The notes beneath the pieces were generated by a model that saw only the letters and a program-made list of their open reading frames with translations, was not told where the DNA came from and ran no database searches. 64,000 bases of DNA, taken from assembly GCF_009914755.1 (NCBI RefSeq), contig NC_060933.1; one strand, given 5' to 3'. This document shows, in pieces, positions 55,266 to 64,000 of the stretch. The position numbers and the translations under genes are program-made. Source of the DNA: the human T2T-CHM13v2.0 reference genome, Homo sapiens. How positions within the stretch are numbered: the first letter of the stretch is position 1; each line of letters begins with the position of its first letter.

Positions 55266-55565
55266 GGCCAGGAATGGTGGCTCATGCCTGTAATCCCCGC
55301 ACTTTGGGAGGCCAAGGCGGGTATATCACTTGAGCCCAGGAGTTTGAGACCACCCTGGGTAACATGACAAAACTGCAGCTCTACAAAAAATACAAAAATT
55401 AGCTGGGCCTGCTCGTGTGCGCCTGTACTCTCAGCTACTCGGGAGGCTGAGGTGGGAGGATCGCCTGAGCCTGGGGAGGTCGAGGCTCCACTGAGCCGTG
55501 ATCATGCCACTGCACTCCAGCCTGAGCAACAGAGAGAGAGAGACCATGTCTCCAAAAAAAAAAAA
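55266..55565 (+). mobile_element. AluJb
   Basis: Full dimer with J diagnostics. Confidence 0.9.
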
Positions 55566-56439
55566 GGAAAATTTGACACACGGCACACATGGACAAACCT
55601 GGAGGACATTATGCAAGATGAAATAAGTCAATCACAAAAAGATAAGGATGAATATGGTATGATTCCATGTATATGAGGTATCTAAAGTAAGTCAAACACA
55701 TAGAAACAAAGGAGAATGGTGGTTGTCAGGGAATGGGAGGGTGGCAAAAAATGGAAAGTTGTTGTTTCATGGGTATAGAATTTGTTTTGAAAGAAGAAGT
55801 TCTGGAAATTGGCTGCAGAACAATGTGAATATACTTACACTACTGAAGTCTACACTTAAGAATGGTTAAGATGGTAACTTCTTTGCTATGTGTATTTTAC
55901 CACAATTAAACAATTTTTAAAAAATCAACCGTATTTCTATATGCTGGCAACAAACAATTGTGAATTTAAATTTTAAAAAATTACATTTATGTAATGATAC
56001 CATTTACAATAACGTCAAGAAATATGAAACGGAATAATCTGACAAAAGATGGGAAAGACATGTCAACTGAAAACTACAAAACTCAGCTGAAAGAAATTAC
56101 AGATCTAAAATAAATGGAGAGATACTACATTCATGCATCAGAAGACTTGATCAATTCTTTCCAAACAGATCTTCACGGCAAAAGAATACCAATAACAATC
56201 CCAAAAGGCTTTCTTGTGGAAACTGCCAGGCTAATTCTAAAATGCAAAGACCCAGAATCACTAAAACAACTTTAAAAAATAACAAGATTGGGGGACTGTT
56301 AGTTTTCAAGTCTTATGAACCTCCAGTAATCAAGACTGCAGGGTACTGATGTAAAGACAAATAGATCAAAGGAACAGAATAAAGAGTTCAGAGACTGACT
56401 AATATATGGACAATTGATTTTTGACAAAGATGCAAAAGT

Positions 56440-56752
<313 letters not shown>

Positions 56753-56908
56753 TCAATGAATAAAAACATATTTTTCAGCAAATGAACAACTGTTCATAAA
56801 CAAATAATTTCCATCCTTATTTTGCACCATATAAAAATGTAATCAAAATTAAACACAAACCCAATTGTAAAATCTAAAACTATAAAGCTTCCATAAACAT
56901 AGAAGGAA

Positions 56909-57305
<397 letters not shown>

Positions 57306-57535
57306 TAGAAGGAAATTCCTATGATTTGGGATTAGGCAACAATTTCTTAAATATGAAACCAAAACCCTGATCTATAAAAGAGCAAATTGATAAATTTCAT
57401 CAAAATTTAAAATTCCTGTTCTTCAAGACACTGCTGAGAGAATGAAAAGATGGACCACGGCCTAGAGAGAATGTATTTGCAAATCATTTGACGAGGGACT
57501 TGCATCCCAAATATATAACGAATTCTCAAAACTCA

Positions 57536-58287
<752 letters not shown>

Positions 58288-58626
58288 TAAAAAGTTAAAT
58301 ACATCTACCATATGACCCAGCCATTTCACTCCTATTTACTTTTAAAAAAGTGTATTCTGTACAAAGATTGGCACACAGATGTTCACAGCAGCTTTATTTG
58401 TAATAGCCAATAACTGGTGAGAAGCCGAAAGTCCATCAACAAGGGAATGTACAAATCGTGGTTCATCCACAAATGGACTACTACTCAGTAATTAAAAAGA
58501 ATGAACTACCGATTTACATAACACTGATAAATCTCAAAATAATTTATGCTGAACTTTTTAAAAGCCAAAGAGGAGAATATGCTGTATTTATAAAATAACA
58601 ACAAAAAAAAAAAGCTAGAAAATTCA

Positions 58627-58925
<299 letters not shown>

Positions 58926-59198
58926 GGGGGAAGAAAATTCAAGCCAATATATAGTGACAGAGTAGATAAATTATCGCCTGGAAATGGAGGTGTAGAGGGA
59001 GGTAAAAAGAAACATTTGAGGGTGATGAATATGTTTACTATCTTGATTATGATAATGGTTTCACAGGTGTATAGACATGTCACAACACAAAACTGTGCAC
59101 TCCAAACACATACAGTTTATTTTATGTCAATTAAACTGAATAAGGTTGTTTAAAAAAGACAAGCAAATACAAAGCTAACTATAAAAAAGTCAGACTAA

Positions 59199-59501
59199 TG
59201 CTGGGCACAGTGGCTCACACCTGCAATCCCAATGCTTTGGGAGGCCAAGGCAGGAGGATTCTTTGAAGCCAGGAGTTCGAGACCAGCCTGGACAACAAAG
59301 CAAGAGCACATCTCTAAAAATAAAAATTTAAAAATTAGCCAGGCATGATGGGACGTACGTGTAGTCCCAGCTACCAGGAGGCTGAGGCAGGAAGATCACT
59401 TGAGCCCTGGAGTTCCCGGGTGCACTGAGCCATAATCACACCACTGCACTCCAGCCTGGATGAAACAGTAAGACTCTTGTCTCAAAAATAAATAAATAAA
59501 T
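59199..59501 (+). mobile_element. AluJo-like
   Basis: Diverged dimer. Confidence 0.88.
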
Positions 59502-59685
59502 ACACATTAAGAATAGATTTCTCTCCAATTCTCACAGAACAATGCTCTTGCTATGCCATAACCTCTTTCTCCATAGCATATCTAAGATTTCATAACCACT
59601 TGTGAAAGTTCTATGACATGCTGAACTGGAGGAAGGGAAGAGGAAAAGGGGAAGAGAGAACACATGTAAGAAACTGAGAAATTTC

Positions 59686-59986
59686 TTTTTTTTTTTTTTT
59701 GAGAAAGAGTCTCGCTCTGTCGCCCAGGCTGGAGTGCAGTGGCACGATCTCCGCTCACTGCAAGCGTGGTCCACCTCCCAGATTCACGCCATTCTCCTGC
59801 CTCAGCCTCCCAAGTAGCTGGGACTACAGGCACCCACCACCACGCCTGGCTAATTTTTTTGTATTTTTAGTAGAGACAGGGTTTCACCGCGTCAGCCAGG
59901 ATGGTCTCAATCTCCTGACCTCGTGATCCGCCTGCCTCAGCCTCCATAAGTGCTGGGATTATAGGCGTAAGCCACCGCGTCCAGCT
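59686..59986 (-). mobile_element. AluY variant with the same 4-bp insertion as 34349-34655
   Basis: caagcGTGGtccacc; TSD GAAACTGAGAAATTTC at 59670-59685 and 59987-60002. Confidence 0.93.
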
Positions 59987-60281
59987 GAAACTGAGAAATT
60001 TCAAAAATGCTTCCATAGGGTAATAAAGCATGTTTACGTGTATACAGCCAAAAGGATACCTAACAGTAAGAAAAAATTAATGTATTCCTGTTACGTAGAG
60101 GAGGTTGTATGCACTTTTACCATTACCATTGAATACTTTTCTGGATATTCTAGTTCATTTAACATCAAAATAAGATATAAAATTATCAACACATGCAATA
60201 TTTGTGAATATTTATCCAGAAGATCCTGCAAAATTAAATATTTTTTGAAAGACAAAGCACAAGTTATCAATGCAGAGTACC

Positions 60282-60884
<603 letters not shown>

Positions 60885-61169
60885 AGGAAATGCACACCAA
60901 GAATCCCTACAGAAGGTGAAAAGAGCCTACGAGGTCATTATTCACAGCTTTATGCCAACTAATTTGACATTTTAGATAAAATGGGCAAATTCCCAACAAA
61001 ACACAACTTACTGAAACTGACAGAACTAAAAATCAAACAGAAAACCTACGCTGTTCTAGAATTAATCTCCAAAAGGCCAAGAACTATAAAGTTCTAGAAC
61101 TGTATTACCAATCTTACACAAATTCTTCCACAGAATAGAAAACCAAACTATCCAATTTGTTTTTAAGGC

Positions 61170-62149
<980 letters not shown>

Positions 62150-62294
62150 GACACACCTCCCTTTTCTAGAAGGAAATGATCTCTTGGAGTAAATACTTGA
62201 TTCTCTTTTATTTTTCAGATTATGACATCTCTCTGCCAGTATCTTTTTCTGGTCAATATATCTCTTTGCCAAATAAGGTAGAAAAAAGTTGTCA

Positions 62295-62610
62295 GGCCAA
62301 GCATCATGGCTCTAACCTATAATCCCAAAACTGGGAGGCTGAGACAGGAGGATCATTTGAGCCCAGGAGTTTGAGACCAGCTTGGGAAACAGAGGAAGAC
62401 TCCATCTCTACAAAAAATAAATTAAAAAAAAAAAAAAAGCCAGGCATGGTGGCACATATCTGTTGTCCCAGCTACTCAGGAGGCTGAGGTGAGAGGACTG
62501 CTTGAGCCCAAGAATTTAAGGCTGCAGTGAGCCATGACTGGCCATTGCAGCCTGGATGACAGCAAGACCCTATCTCAAAAAAAAAAACACAGAAAACAAA
62601 AAAGAAAAAA
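62295..62610 (+). mobile_element. AluJ
   Basis: TSD-like AGAAAAAAGTT(G/A)TCAG. Confidence 0.88.
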
Positions 62611-64000
62611 GTTATCAGCTGGACAATCTTCCCTGTGATTACTAGTAGCATCTAAGAACCTGAAATCATGAGTGTCATTGAAACCAAGCTGTAAGGAAAT
62701 TCCAACACATTAAAATGAAATCAATTCATATAGGGGCTATAGGACACAGCACCCGGAGGTGACATTAGAAACTGCAAACAGGAAAAACACATAATTCAGG
62801 GGTACTAGCATATGATACAAACATATATGATTAAAAGCATTCACTGTTCTCCCAACGTCCACACACTCAGAAAAACACTGCTACCTGCTCATGCTAGCCT
62901 TCTCACTATCTACAGCAAACACCAAGAAAACTCAGTATTCATCACAATTAACATCAACTCCATGCGTTCTCAGAGAGGAGGAAAGACCAGGCAGGAATCT
63001 ACCTGTGCCCAAAATTAGGTTACCATCAGGATCCAACGGAGAAAGAACTGGGGAATAAACTGAGTCTAGGTTTCTTTGAGTAAACATCCCTCACAAGTTT
63101 CTGCTCTTAAGCACACAAATTTAGCAACTTTAATTTCTAGGTTGGGGTCTAGTTCCTGTCAACACTAGGAAATGGGAGACAACTACTTTTATCACGGTCA
63201 GATCACCTATAGATTGTGATCATTCAATCATACATGCAAAGAATATTACAAAATACTAACAACATTAGTATGTATTAAGGGGCTTACTAGATGCCAAGTT
63301 GCAGCAACCCTCACAACCCTCTGAGGTAAATGCCATTATTAATCAGGAGTTACGTTAACTTATCGAACTGTGGAAACTGGGATTTCAAGCATGCTCGTCT
63401 AATCACTATACTAATAATGCTTCAACCTGCCAATTTATTTTTTATTCTGTAAGCCATAAGGAGCCAATGAAAAAAATTAAGGACAGCAGTAATGATCATC
63501 TTTACATGCTAGAACACACTACTCAGCCACGTGCAAGGTGGACTGACGCTGGGGTGAACAAGGGTCTTGAAAGAGATAGTCAAAGTCTGGGTCAAAAATG
63601 CTGAGGAAATTCTGAGCATAAGAATGCATAGGAGAGGATAAAAACCTAAAATCTGTATCTAATAAACTTAGCTAGACTTTCTGATTGTTTTAAGTATGGG
63701 AAGGGATGAAGGAAGCTACCTCGCAGGTTACTAGCTGGGCCACTGGTTAGTAATTACTGTCCATCAATTCATGAGACAGGAGGAGGAACTGGTGCTTTAG
63801 TTTTGTGTAGCAAGCAGGAAGAGGACAAGTCTACTTAACGCGAATCAAAATGAGAGCAAGCAATTATACAGAATTTCTCTCCCTCGACAAGATAAGCTTC
63901 TCATATTACAGAGATCTTAACTTTGAAATGCTTTTCAAAATAGGGAGTCACTTGGGCTGGGAGGGGACTTCAACTAAGTCCTCATTTTACAGAGGAGGCA

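Noticed and set aside
62620-64000. Host promoter, exon 1 or CpG island
   Set aside because: The region is CpG-poor with MIR/L2-like remnants and no matching N-terminal coding sequence; exon 1 must lie outside the window.

Overview
Primate (most likely human) genomic DNA, almost all intronic and very repeat-dense: about 60 Alu/FLAM elements, long fragmented old L1M copies, several ERV1/MaLR solo LTRs, Tigger/Charlie/piggyBac MITEs, MIR and L2. Three in-frame coding exons of an MFS transporter gene of the HIAT1-like family lie on the minus strand (24633-24728, 10614-10676, 1322-1449). They read LQGFGPPSVYH...GALSDVWGRK...LMRISP and are most likely exons 2-4 of the duplicate MFSD14C/HIATL2 rather than MFSD14B. 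Exon 1 and the promoter would lie beyond the right edge. The introns hold a decayed YRDC processed pseudogene (6321-8348, antisense to the host) and a short 5'-truncated 3'UTR retrocopy of unidentified parent (16042-16598). I see no novel protein-coding system and no prokaryotic-type system. The most unusual observations are structural: an inverted duplication (arms of about 370 and 410 bp) that truncates an LTR8, a 245-bp out-of-order templated duplication inside the YRDC retrocopy, two separately inserted AluY copies 25 kb apart sharing a non-consensus 4-bp insertion, and an Alu arm replaced by foreign filler DNA. Repeat subfamily names and protein identities come from recollection of consensus sequences, not from searches, and repeat boundaries are approximate.
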